Shown here: positions 41,722 through 54,423 of the stretch, in pieces
Layout: the number at the start of each line of letters is the position of its first letter
How positions within the stretch are numbered: position 1 is the first letter of the stretch
NCBI RefSeq assembly: GCF_032062105.1
Contig: NW_026937312.1
Span: forward strand, 434,001-498,000
Direction: 5' to 3'
DNA: 64,000 nucleotides
Origin: Saccostrea cucullata
Lineage: Eukaryota
Position numbers and translations under genes: made by a program
The notes under the pieces: model-generated
What the model saw: only the letters and a program-made list of their open reading frames with translations
The model's database searches: none
Told to the model about the DNA's origin: nothing

Positions 41722-42566
41722 TGCTACTACGTCTTTCCCTTTAGAGGAAATACTACTAGTATGATGCTTCCCTTATCGACAGAATATCCTGTTTTGTAAT
41801 AAAGTCGAGAAATACCACATTTGTTTATTGTAAAGAAAGATATTTTAAAGGACATATTACATGTGTATGTCAATATAAATCTCTCTTTAAAGTAGAGGTA
41901 GTAAAGACCTGTTTCGGGGGGCAAAATACAACAGTACAATATGTACCATCCCAGTCCCTTTATTGTACAAGTGCAATGTTTTATTTTGTTATTTTGCCAA
42001 GGTGCTGGTGGGAAGTATATCGTCTTGTTTAGCTTCTCAGAAGTTATGAATGACACAATTACAACATGATGTATGTAGTACGTACATCATTAACTTCGCC
42101 AAGATAAATGTAAATGTGACATTATGTGAAAAAACTGAAAAGCTTAACACTTAACAATACAAATTTCACGCATGGATTTACTGATTTTATTTTACTACGT
42201 TAATGATTAAACTCAATGAAATAACAAAAAAAGCATGACTTTTATTCACTGAATATTAGAATTGCATCAATAAAAGAGCATATTATTGCCCAAAGTGGTG
42301 ACAGAGCAATATAGATTCTATGAAATAAAGTGTTGTCTAAAGTATTATTATATTGACGCCACTTTACTAAACAGTTATGTTTTCTGTGTTCCTGTAATTA
42401 GTATCCTATGTATCCTATGTCTCCTATTTCAGTAAAGGTAGGTTAGTTCACGATACGTCCAACAATTGGACGTCTTGACAGTATTTTAAACAACAGCATC
42501 AAAACACAATTTTAAATCTATAAAACAAAAATTGTAAGAAATGTTTTCCATTGAATACCATAAGAA

Positions 42567-43076
42567 AATAAGATGCGTTTGTAAAACACCGATGGCAGCA
42601 CTGATGGCAGCTTATGGTTTTTCAAATATGTCAAACTTTAAAATTGTTGGTTGTCCAAAGGAAGGCCTTGTCATAAAGAATACAACTGTGAAATATGCAT
42701 GGTTTGGTAATTACTGTTCAAAAGTTATGAGGCTAAGGTCATGGTCAAAGAAATTTATACCCCTTCTTTAAAGTCTTGTTACAATGAATACTCTTGTGAA
42801 GTATGAAAATTCTAGCAACACAATTCAAAAGTTTTTGCTAAGGTTAAAGTATGGTAATTTTTTTGCTGAAAACGTGAGTCAAATTCCAAAGACAAATTTG
42901 ATGGAAGAAAGGTCTTGTCACAAGGAATACACTTGAATACACTTGTGAAATATGAAAGTCATAGCCCCACCCACTCAAAAGTTATGGGTAAGGTAAAAGT
43001 TTTTGAGAACAAACAAACGAACGGACAGGGCAAAAAACTATATACCTCGGAAACTTCGATTTCGGGGGGCAAAAAA
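42567..43076 (-). mobile_element. HINE/Helitron-N element with internal degenerate tandem repeats
   Basis: AATAAGATGCGTTTGTAAAACAC terminus; repeated TCTTGT.ACAA.GAATAC..GTGAA.TATGAAA..TCAAAAGTT units; AACG/GACA microsatellite; terminal hairpin CCTCGGAAA..TTTCGGGGG. Confidence 0.75.
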
Positions 43077-43710
43077 ATGATGCAAAAAATACAATAATAG
43101 CCCTTCAAATTGTAAAGGTGAAATTAAAATAAGAAAACTTATCTCAATTGAAAGAAACTTCAGTTTTCAGTGTATGATTGTATGTATGTTATACAATGAA
43201 CAACATCATCGAATAAATCATCTGACTGAAATATTAAAAATTGAAAACGATTCAAATATCATTTAAAATCAAATTCAAGTTAATATGAGTATTTGGGTTT
43301 TTTGTTATCAGACACACTGGCACTATGTCTTCCTTGGGCAAATTTGCTAGGAAGTTATTTGACAAGGATACATTTTGCTTGAAATATGAACCCGGAAAAA
43401 ATTAGACACAACAAATTTTCCTTAAAATGTATAAAATGAATATTTTTCAATTTCGTTAGAAAACAACTAAATATTTTGCACAAACAACAACTTTCAAACT
43501 ACATACAACGTTATATATTTTGTATTTAAATTTGACTATAAGAAAGCTGTAATAAAATACTGTTATACAATTGATCACATGACCATGAAATTTCAGCATT
43601 GACCATTATCAGCTAGTTTAATTTCATTCTGTGAAATGTCGTTTCAGGTAAAATTAATGGATTTAAACAACAATACCAACATACAAACCTTGAACATATA
43701 AAAAGTAAAT

Positions 43711-44319
43711 AAAAGATGTGTTTGTGAAAAATAGATGTCCTCGTATGGCTGCTTATGGTTGGCGAGGGTTGTGTTTCTCAAATGAAAGTCAAACTTCGAA
43801 GGTTAAGGTCAAAATTGTTGGTACCCAAAGGAAGGTTTTATCACAAGGAATACATCTAAGAAATATAAAAACCCTAGTACTAACTGTTCAAACGTTATGA
43901 CCCAGTTAAGTTTTTTTAAAAGTGGGCTACATTCTCTGGTCTAGGTCAAAAATATTCAAACCCACTGAAATGTCTTATCACAATGAATACACATTGAGGT
44001 GAAAACGCCATAGCACCAACTGTTCAAAAGTTATGGCCGAGGTTCAAGTGTGGTAATGTTTTGAACAAGTGGGTCAAATTCAAAAGTCAAGGTCAAGAGG
44101 TCAAATTCCGTGTATTTCATGATATTCAAAGAAAAATCTTGTTATGGGGAATACACCTGTGAAATAGGAAATCCATAGCAACGTCTCTACTCAAAAGTTT
44201 TAAGCAAAGTTAAAGTTTTTGTGGACAAAAATCCAAACAGACAGACGGACGGACGGACAGACAGAGAATTAACTATATATCCCCATACCCCCGTAATCGA
44301 ATACTTCCGGTCTTAAAAA
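43711..44319 (-). mobile_element. HINE/Helitron-N element, same family as 42567-43076
   Basis: AAGATGTGTTTGTGAAA terminus, AAGGTCAA-rich tandem units, (GACA/GACG)n at about 44238-44264, and ACTATATA-hairpin end. Confidence 0.78.
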
Positions 44320-44544
44320 GCAAGACTGGTGACAAAAATTAATCCCTGTCATACAACTCGTTGTTGAAACTGCAAGAAGCTTTCTTGCACTACAAGTTTA
44401 GTCTCATATCTTAGAACATGCACTATGTCTAGAGAAGGATAACTTGTTTCGACATATATTTTTAAAATTGTATACAAAGGAAAAACTATGGAGGAATACA
44501 AAACGTCGTTATCTGGAAAATTAAAGGAAATATTCCGTTGTTTA

Positions 44545-44655
44545 TGTGATCCCACCTCTGATGCTTTGGAGATCCATGTTTGCTCTGCTCTTATTCTGTA
44601 TTGTTTAATGGACTTTTATGCTTGAATACTGTTCGTTATCTCCATATTTTCATTT
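44545..44655 (+). mobile_element. Penelope-like 3' tail fragment
   Basis: TGATCCCACCTCTGATGCTTTGGAGATCCATGTTTGCTCTGCTC...ACTGTTCGTTATCTCC. Confidence 0.65.
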
Positions 44656-46362
44656 AAAATAAAATAATGAAAGTAAGAAAAACAGACGTGGACATTTTAT
44701 TCCATCATTTGCATTTTTAATTCAGTACCTACAACAAAGTCTATTAAGCTTTTAGATTGCAGTAATATATCATACTTAATATTTAACCCTATGTATTATT
44801 TCTATTATCATTCAAAATAATAAATTAATCAAAATTCTGGCATTTCTCATTTCAAAACCAGATATAGATCTCGCCAACACCTTACAGACAAATACTAGTA
44901 CCCAATAACGATTTAACAATGTGGACATATAAAATGTCATAACTACTGAAAATTCGCCATCTCTGTTTCATGACTTGCCTGAGAAGAATATCGTCAGTGA
45001 ATTCATTTATTGTACAAGTCCTAGAAAGTTATAAGAGGTAAAATGCAATAATTCACCTGGAAGGCTATGAATTTAAAAATATCTCGTATAGCAATTTAAA
45101 TATACATATTCTACTGTGTTCTGTATGAAATTAAAAATAGAAGATCTGTTGACATATACAAAAGTCATATATTTCCTGTTTTAGAAACAATGCACAAACC
45201 ATTCTTTTAATAGAACCACAAAAACGGTGTTAGCCAAGGTCACCTACTGCCGCCATAATAAATAAGATTGATGATTCACATCATGGGTCACTAAGACGCC
45301 AGACCATTTCAGTTACATAACTAACACGTCTCTTAAATACTTAAATTTGATAGCCAAATTAGACACAATGTGTTGTTTTAGACTGGCTGGTAATGATGCA
45401 CAACAAACTCTATTAAATCAGAATGATACATTTCTTGATCTTTGTGTACCTTGGAATAATTAGATTTGGGCAGAGTAAAACCCGTTGACCTAATGTTATT
45501 TTTGCATTTAGGAGCATTTTTCTTAATAAAAATGACTTTCTAACTGATGTTGGGATTTTCGATTTATTTCTAAAATATATATATACTACTTAGATAAAAG
45601 AGGAAAAGAGGCATATCTTCATTTCCTTTCCTTATGATTAAAAGTGCATTTAATTAAACGATCGTTGTGCATTATGTAAAATCTGAATCATTCAACGTAA
45701 GGCAAACGTTTAAAGTACTGTTTTGTGTAATGTGGCTAATTTTATGCATTGATATATTGTTTTGCATGGACAAGGGACTGAATTAACGTGCATTACCTTC
45801 ACCTATCATTAAAAAATGCATGAATCATATGTTTAAAAAAAGTATAAATATTCTGATTCTAATCTAACCACGACAGACCAACGTTAGATACAGATAAATC
45901 TTTACCACTAAATCAAATGAAATAATTATTGCACCTCGGATAGGGGTGGGCATAAAGATTCGTGCATCTTCGCCCATTAAGCAGTCAGAAAGGTAAAATC
46001 TACGAAAGCAATGATTCACTGCTTGATTAGAGTCAGCTGGAGGATTTTTTAATAGTTGAACCTATAGTCGTTAAAATCCGGAAATAAGAAGTAGGTTGAG
46101 TCATTTGAAAGTTTTCGTGTTCTCATTGAATTTCATGAAACTTTTCTGGGAATGTCATATTTCGGTTATGTCTTTCAAACTCAGTTCGAATTTGACCATA
46201 TCTGCATATCTAATAGAGCTCATGAAACTTATAGACCTTACTGTAGAGTGGATTCCTGGTGACAAATTATGCAAAATAAACAAAAACTCTTCCCAGTCCA
46301 AAGCAAATGATATAAGATGCTCAACCCTCCCTGAAAATTTCATCTAGGTAAAATATATAGGT

Positions 46363-46460
46363 CAGCTGATCCCACCTCTTATGTTTTAGAGTTCCTTGTT
46401 TGGTATAGTCCAATATTTGTATTTTTAATGGACTTTTGAGCGTGAATACTGTCCTTACCT
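46363..46460 (+). mobile_element. Penelope-like 3' tail fragment
   Basis: CTGATCCCACCTCTTATGTTTTAGAG...GGACTTTTGAG...AATACTGTCC. Confidence 0.55.
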
Positions 46461-49298
46461 CCAAATACTTTGAGTGTTAAATACCTTTTACCTACACACA
46501 ACACAAAAATCCTAACTAGTACACTAGAGGTAGGGTTAAAATAAAGGTGATTCAAACTACTAAGAACTTGCAAGTCGAAATGGACCTTATTTTACCTTAT
46601 AAAGGATACATGTAGTTCAAACTTTAAACTTTGCTGGTGACTCATTTCCACATGTCTGTCCAACACATAGGTGTATTTAAATGAGTCAAAACCAGCTAGT
46701 GAACCCATCACTGAACGAGTAACAGTGAAGAGTATCGTAGCTACTAGTTTTGCTCTGTCAGCCTATTACGAGTTGTTAGGAAAGTGACTGAATGGATACT
46801 TTTATGGTGGGGACGGCTAGACAGAACACGGAATTCATCAGTGGTACATTAGCTACGTACGTCACTGACCACAATGTTCTTTATTCCAGTGTCCTGTCGG
46901 TGTCCGGTCTACTCAGTTGTAAACAGCTATCGTGATCTTAAAGGTTAAAGTGACCAAGGCCTTTCCTATAACATGAACCTAGTTTATGTTTTTTGCTAGT
47001 TGGGAAGTCAGAAAAGGTCAAACTGATATGATTTTAATAACTTTAAAATGCGTTATTTTGATGAAAATATACAGTAACACAGATTCTCCATTTGATTGCA
47101 CGCAAAGCAGAAAAACCCTAGTTCTGTGCATTTTGTCTGAAAAATAATATGTCTATACTTTGATAAAAGTCCATACTTATCTACACTAAATAATACTTTT
47201 GCTGTCCCTTCTTTTGATATAAAATTCAGCACTAGTATTTTTCGTGGCAAATTTCCCAAAGGTAAGAGAAAAGAGATATCGTGAGTGCTCTTGTCTTGAA
47301 CTCCCAGGTGCCCCGGCTATAGAAGTGCTTTACAGTTAATAGCCAATTTTCTCTTAATATTAGGAAGTACATTTGGTTCTCCCCTCAGTCAAGTGTCTCA
47401 ATTCATCATTTGTCAAACATTATATTATATATTAGATGTGAAGTTTACTTAGAACAAGGTAAATAATTTAGCGCCATATCGTGAACGCCTTGGGAGACCG
47501 CTGTTGAATCAAGTTTCTGGGTATGCTTTGTATGCATGTATATACCCCACAAGAAGGAGAATCTGGCAATAAAAATGACTCAAGGTGATCCAAAACTTAA
47601 TGATTAAAAGTATGCCACTTAGCTACTGAGAATTACAATTTTATTGTACGTTTAGCAGTAACCTGTTTTGGTGATGCTCTCTCATTTACCATCCACACAC
47701 ATACCCTAACATACTTCATTAGTAAGCTGTGGAGGACTCTTTTTACCTCTTAAAGTTTCATTAGATTCAGAAGTGCAACATTCAAAAAAGACTTTTTTTA
47801 ATCAAAGGATGACAGCAGCTTACCTTGCTCTATTTTAAAACATGGACTTTACCTGGCGTGCAGATCGAGACCTCAGACTTACAGGTACCGGGAAACTAGA
47901 GCCCAGCCGCACAGGTAATCAGTGGTCTGAGTCCACGAGGTGTTGATCTCTCTCATCATCAGTACAACATGCTGACTAAGGGTCTATGTCTATAGTGAGA
48001 ACCAACCCGAATCTTCTTGTTGAAGAAATCGACTCATCTAAAAGACAAAACAATTTAAGAATGAAGAGAATCAATCTTATTAGACACATTCATTTTAGTT
48101 ACCTAGTAGTTTTTAAGAATAAAAGCATTACACGACACATGTTTTTTTTTCTTCTTTTTAATATTGGCATTTCGATCGCTTTTTGTTAGTTTTTATTCAG
48201 TTTCTTTTAATATGCCTTCAAAGAAATAAACGCTCTGGTCAGGATTTTTGTTTTCATGCGCAAAACTAATGCTATCATGCTATTTAAAGCATACATCCAT
48301 TGTTTTGCATAATGCTCATGTGTATGTCCGTTCTAAGGTTTCTATTATTTCCTGTGATTGTATCGAACAAAGCATTCGCTGTTTACGTTGATAACATCTT
48401 TTTCCATTACGTTATCGACATCGAATAATTCAGGAAAGTGTTTCAATTTCCGGATTTTAATTTCTTGTCGAATACAAATCTACAGCTTTTGGCGGAGTGT
48501 CAACGGGAACATTGTTCGTTTTATGGTGTTCTTAAAATTGGACAAGACGTTTGGAAAAGATTTGTCAAAGATAGAATGAAGTCATGCCGAGTGAATATCA
48601 AAACTTATGCTGCATTTGACACGTGGGCTCGTGAAGGATCAAACACGAGAACCTGGGTCTAGGATTTAAGTTATAGTGCATGGTCACGCCTTCTGTAATG
48701 GAGTAAAGACCTCCGCATCTTCCAAAACCACGGGTATTGAACAGGCATCCGTGTCAATAGTAATTCATATCCTCGTTTCACGTCACAAACTTCCGCTTTT
48801 GTCCGCAAGACGTCAAAGAAAATTGGCAATTTGCCAATTTCAATCATGCAACTTCCTGTTTTTATTTACTTTTTCACAGTATACTCTACTTCCTCAAATG
48901 CATAGTTTTACGATCAACTTTATTAGTACAAACCTTCTCCATTCTTTTGTAAGGGTTTGGTATATTTTGAAATTACATTGTTTTACAGAAATACTCATCA
49001 GTATGATGTTAAATGAGATTGTACTAAGTATATACACGCATTGCATACTTTAATTTAAAAAAAGTTCATAATATATATAGCAAGCACGAGTTTTAAATAA
49101 TTTTTCGGCACACGTGTTTTCCATTTTACATAAGTAAAGAAATTACTAAGGTGAAAATAATTAAAAATGTTCCGAGAACATTGCAGATCCGGGGGAAAAA
49201 ATATTAAACATTACCTTAATTTGGCCTAAAGCTTCTGCTCCATCATACAAATTAAAGTATATTTTGCTTTTCATTCCATTTCGCCAGTTGCAGTGCAC

Positions 49299-49879
49299 TT
49301 TTTATACCTCCGTGATCGAAGATTCGGAGGAATATAGTTTTTGCCTTGCATGCCCGTCTGTCTGTTAGTCCGTAAGCTCTAACCTTGATTGTTTGGAGCT
49401 ATCAAATGACTTTCATATTTCACATGTGTATTTCTTGTGACAATGCCTTACATTGGGTACCAACACATTTGACCTTGACATTCGACTTTGACCTACTTCG
49501 GAACCTACTTCGGATTTTTTTTTTCAAACTTTAATGGCCGTAACTTCAAACGGTTGGTATCATGGCTTTAATATTTTAAGTATGTATTTATTGTCACAAG
49601 ACCTTTTTAATGATATTATTATTTTTAACCTTTTGACCTTGACCTTTCAGTTTGACTCACTTAAAAAAAACTTAAGAAAAACCTTTCACCGTGGCCATGA
49701 CTTTTGAACACATATCTTCATAAATCACAGATTCATTCCTTATAACAAGACCTCTGCATAGATACCAATTATCTTTTGACTTTGACCCTAGAGTTTGCCC
49801 TATATATCTCACATGTAAACTTTAATCTTTGAAAAAACTGCCATACGGGGGAATCAGTGTTTCACAAACACATCTTGTT
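49299..49879 (+). mobile_element. HINE/Helitron-N element (opposite orientation to the 42.5 and 43.7 kb copies)
   Basis: TTTTATA-CCTCCG..CGGAGG hairpin start, GTCT/GTCC microsatellite, TGACCTTGAC tandem units, and end TGTTTCACAAACACATCTTGTT. Confidence 0.8.
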
Positions 49880-52800
49880 CAATCCAATATATACAGTATC
49901 ACCATCGGGTTGGCACTATTACGGACTCAGTCGCTTTGTATCCGCATCTCCTTAAACTTAACCGTTTGACTACAGCGCAGTCCTACCGCCAGTTTTATAT
50001 TTTAAAATTGCTACCAAGACATTTCTTTTGTTGTAAACTTTCTTTTTCTTCTTTTCTTTATAAATACGCTGTCAAAGAATTATGAAAATTATCTAAATAA
50101 GGCTCTCCGAGATTAAAGGAAGATTTAAAACACTTGAAGAGGGAATAATCACAGAAGCCGGAAACTCAAGAGGCCGACAAGGAGGTTCTCTATACGACAG
50201 TTACGTAACGTTTGTCACAATGCATCCCTCCTAATTATCGACAAATGACAGAAAGGCATTGTGTACTAATTTTTTTTTCGACCGAAAGGTCATCTAAGCG
50301 GTGAACCAGACCGATTGCCTGCTTAGAAATTGCAATTATTTTGCCAACAGCTATCATCATTACGAAGGGAGAGGTTGGGGACCTTCAATAAACTTTCTAA
50401 CCAAAATTTTGCTGCAAAAATGAATTTTTTTCAGTAAAAACATTTTTGTTACTTTACTTGTGACGTTGCAAATTACATTGTGAGTGGGTGCCCCATGCCT
50501 AGAGGATACTTTCGGAACTGATTACTGAACATCTCAATCTGGCAAAGCAATCGTGCGCTGGGGTACGTGAATGCACTAGCTGCGAGTAAAATCTCGTGGA
50601 TCCGCGAGCGTTGACATGGCGACCGCGTGGCTAAGGTTGACGTCCGGTAAGAAAATGACGAAGGGAAACAATTTTTTTCTGGCGATATATTTTTTCTGCA
50701 TTCAATCGTCAGTTTCTTTAAACAGAGAGAATATATCTTATTCAAGAAGAAGTGGATTTTCATTTGTATTAGGAGGTGGGACTAAACCTCAGTTATTGAA
50801 TCTGGCTGGATTTTAACGATCTTCAGTATTTTGAAAAAAAAAGTATTTTTCTGTAACATGTAGTAATCCTCTTTTATAAGGTTCTCTCTTCTTTAGTGAA
50901 ATACGGCTGGGACTTTTCAATTAAATCTCGTGTCATCGACCTATATTTTATACTTATTTGACAAATTACCCCCACAAGACATGAAAGACTCGTGATAAAT
51001 AAGCATCCCTGTTGATTTCAATTAAAACTTGGAGAACGTGTATGGCCAACGGTAGGGTACGGCTAGCGGCCATTGACTCGACTTCACAATCTTCGGGAGC
51101 AAGTATCTCTAGTTAGGCCTTATAAGATACGATTTTCCATTAAGATAATGAGCAGCAGTAAAAATTACATGAAAATTGAATAATCAAGATTTCAGAACAT
51201 AAAATGTTATCCCGTGCCCTCCATCGAACGACACGTAGGTCGATGGTCTTTCGCCTCCCGGCATTATAATATTGGTTTAAGTGTACTTCAGTTGTAAACT
51301 TATGTCAGCTTACCGGAATAGCCTCCATTAACAAGAGTAGATTCGGGTTACAGAAGAATCGGCGGCTGGTCGTTGTTTACCATTGATTACTTAATTCTCT
51401 TCCCGAACTGCAGATCGAGTTGAATTCTTCTAATTGCATATTTTTTTTTATTTTTTTCAGCTTGTCAACATGACTCAGGTAAATGAAAAAATCAATTGAG
51501 AATGCAATCATCACGGGTACAATGAATCTAACCTTGCATTCATAATTAAGAGTAGCAGTTTAATTACAATTTCGATCAGCTAAATCTACGAACGAGAAGA
51601 TCTGTAAATGAAACGTATGAGTGCTACTCGATACATATGCTCTGAGACTTTTTGTGATGCCGCCTGATGATAACCCATGTTACATTTTCTCTTTCACCTC
51701 AAACAGACAAACAAACAACGTGGTATCTTACATAAGATAAAAGGGTTAAAAGTTTGATTCCAATCTACCCCTCACAATACGATCCCGTAATCTGACCCAA
51801 GGGGGGACCGAACAGAAAGGAAGATCCTGGAGATATCTTCTAGTTGTTGACTACTGTCAACAAGGGCCCCTTACGTTCTTGTGCAAAATCCTATCTCAAG
51901 TGGGGTGTTACAAAGGGCCTCCAGATGTTCCGTCTTAATACCTTCACTATACGTGCTTTTTCTTCAAGCTTCCATTTTTCTTCTAAAATAAAGAAACTAC
52001 TGTTTTTTCACCTCATCATATCTTTTCCATCTTATTTTTGGGCATTGATTTTGAACAGGTATATGTCACACAGCAGAGTTCGGTTTCCCTATATTTGGGC
52101 GAGGACCTGAAAGCTGGATTTAGTAAGCATAGACATTAAAGCGATTTGGAACAAAAAAGAAACCATAAAATCATAATCGTTATCTTTGAGGAATAAGGCA
52201 TCGCCATGAATCATCTCCGAAGCTCGCGCAAAAATAATTCTATCCGCCAGTTGCCATGACGACTAATTTGGGTTCTTTGTTGCTGACAGCGGCTGGAACA
52301 TCTTTGGGAATTTTCTTGTTTTTGCTTATTCTTCAGAGAGATTGGCACAACCGAAGTTTCGTGTTGATTTAGGAGATAGAGACGGCGTGCGCCGATGTCT
52401 ACTGTGCACGTGTGCATGATTAAAACAGTAAATACTGGCCGCCTCCTGGTTCTCTGGGGAGTGCTGCTCGGGGGGAAATGTAAATATTTAAGTCTGGTCA
52501 GGGGGAAGGTCCAGACATTGTAATTATGGACAAGATACATGCTTTACCCAATCCCATTAAAGAATAAGCATTTCCGTAACAAATTATTTTTTGAAAGTAA
52601 TGAAGAGGGCTGTTCGTTACATTTTATCGCACCTGTTTCAAATATTTAAAATGTGGTAGGAATACACACATTCAAAATAAAAATTTCAAATATGCATCAG
52701 GGGTAACGAGGAAGGAAAACTGATGTTTTCACTTTGAAGTCAATACATGAATAAGAAATATTTTATTTTATCCTTTATTTTTCTTCCCGTTTATAACCAT

Positions 52801-53239
52801 ATGATGTTGTGACATAACTCTGTGTCTGGTGAAAATATATGTGAGGATACAAAACATCCCTGTGTCACAATTCATCATTTACGTCTGATGCGCAGAGTGA
52901 TACAAGTTCTTAAACAAAACGGAGCTTTGTATGGGAACTTTGAATATTCTTTGCTTCCTTTGTTTTAACATGTATATGAGATTCCTTGTTACAAGTACAT
53001 AACATTACCCATGCACTTAAGTTTCTATGCCCCCTCTTTATTCAAAGGGCTGTGGTTTTTAATTTTTAACTGGTGCATCCCTCTCAGTAAGTACCTACAA
53101 GAGCCGGTCTCGAAAGTCAAGCTTTTCGTGTATTTTCTCATATTTTTTCTCCCTTTTTTCACATATACATGGAAATTTTCAATCGCGAACAGCTGTTACA
53201 TATCGATTTCTGTTGAGGCTTATACCAACAGCCGGTATA

Positions 53240-54423
53240 GATATTTATTAAAATGAAAACAATGGATTATAGTTCTTTTCCTCGTATATCCCTGCATTTT
53301 TTCTTTAAACGGCCAACTCCTTCTTGCAAAACATTGCTTGTTGCTTCAAATACCAATACTACAACTTCATACCTATTCCCACTCTCATTTGATACATTAA
53401 GAGACAAGTCTCTCAAAAGTACAAGTTAAAATATCATTTCTTTATATCTTTATTTTTTACAACAATAAGTTTCTCAACAACTTTTCTGACTTTTTGTTCA
53501 TAAGAACACCAAATAGATGAAAGCATACAAACGTTTACTACATAACATTCAAACAGCGAACACCAAATATCTTCACACATACACAAAATGAACACTTTGG
53601 ATGTTAAGTCGTATAAAAAGAGTTATCAAAAACAAGAGAAAGATTTGAGATCATAACTTTTTTCTGGATTTTCTTGAAAAATTTGTGCGATTTACAGAAA
53701 GTCTAAGGTTGAGAGAAACTTTTTTTCCTTTTCATTTTTTTTCTCCTCTTTTCAACATTTTTAATCCTCTGGTATTTTATACCACAAAACAATAATAAAT
53801 ATGGCAAAAAACGTGTCAAATGTTCTGTATTAAAATATCTGAATATATATTTATAAATAATATATATATATATGAGGATATGCTCCACTCTTCTCGTGAA
53901 ACTTTTTTCTCTCTCAAAGATGTAGTTCTGTTAATTTTCTTTTTACAAATAAATAGGACAATTACAATAGGGGATTTGTTTTCTTTATAAGAATTGACAA
54001 ATAATAATAAAAAAAAAATTAATATAAATTATTGATGAGATCATACGGCCTGCAATGACACAGTCATTGTCCAGTTGTCAATTGCACATTAAATAGAAAG
54101 TCTGCCCTTGCACCGTCCACAAAACTGTACACACGCGCATCTCGATTTTACACAGGCGAAGTCACAAATTGTGCAAAGGGCGTGTTTTACTGTTAATATC
54201 TATCAGGAAACAGGGCTATCAATGGCTACTGCAAGAAACCTTTGCAGGATTTCATTCTTCATTCCATACACGTTAAGTCCCAACAAAACTGTTATATAAG
54301 CGTAGGTCTCGGGAATTTGGCAAGAATCGGGCGCTCTTTGGCAAAACAATCCTGCATGGAAACTCCTAGCATTTTTGCAGATCTGGCCCTCCATTGTAGG
54401 TCCCTGTTTCTAGCACTAAATTC
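53240..54423 (-). other. Non-coding last exon (3' UTR) of the Cip/Kip gene; 3' end uncertain
   Basis: Minus-strand acceptor TACTGAC...CCTCTTTTTGTTTTTACAG| (branch point plus pyrimidine tract) puts the exon start at 54423. Candidate AATAAA signals lie at about 53449, 53244, 53037 and 52762-52779. Confidence 0.55.

Noticed and set aside
42567-44319. Regularly spaced repeats superficially like a CRISPR array
   Set aside because: Degenerate tandem units inside eukaryotic HINE elements; no unique spacers or cas genes.
52700-54423. Pumilio elements in the CKI 3' UTR, as in mammalian p27
   Set aside because: No exact TGTAHATA found on the sense (minus) strand by manual reading.
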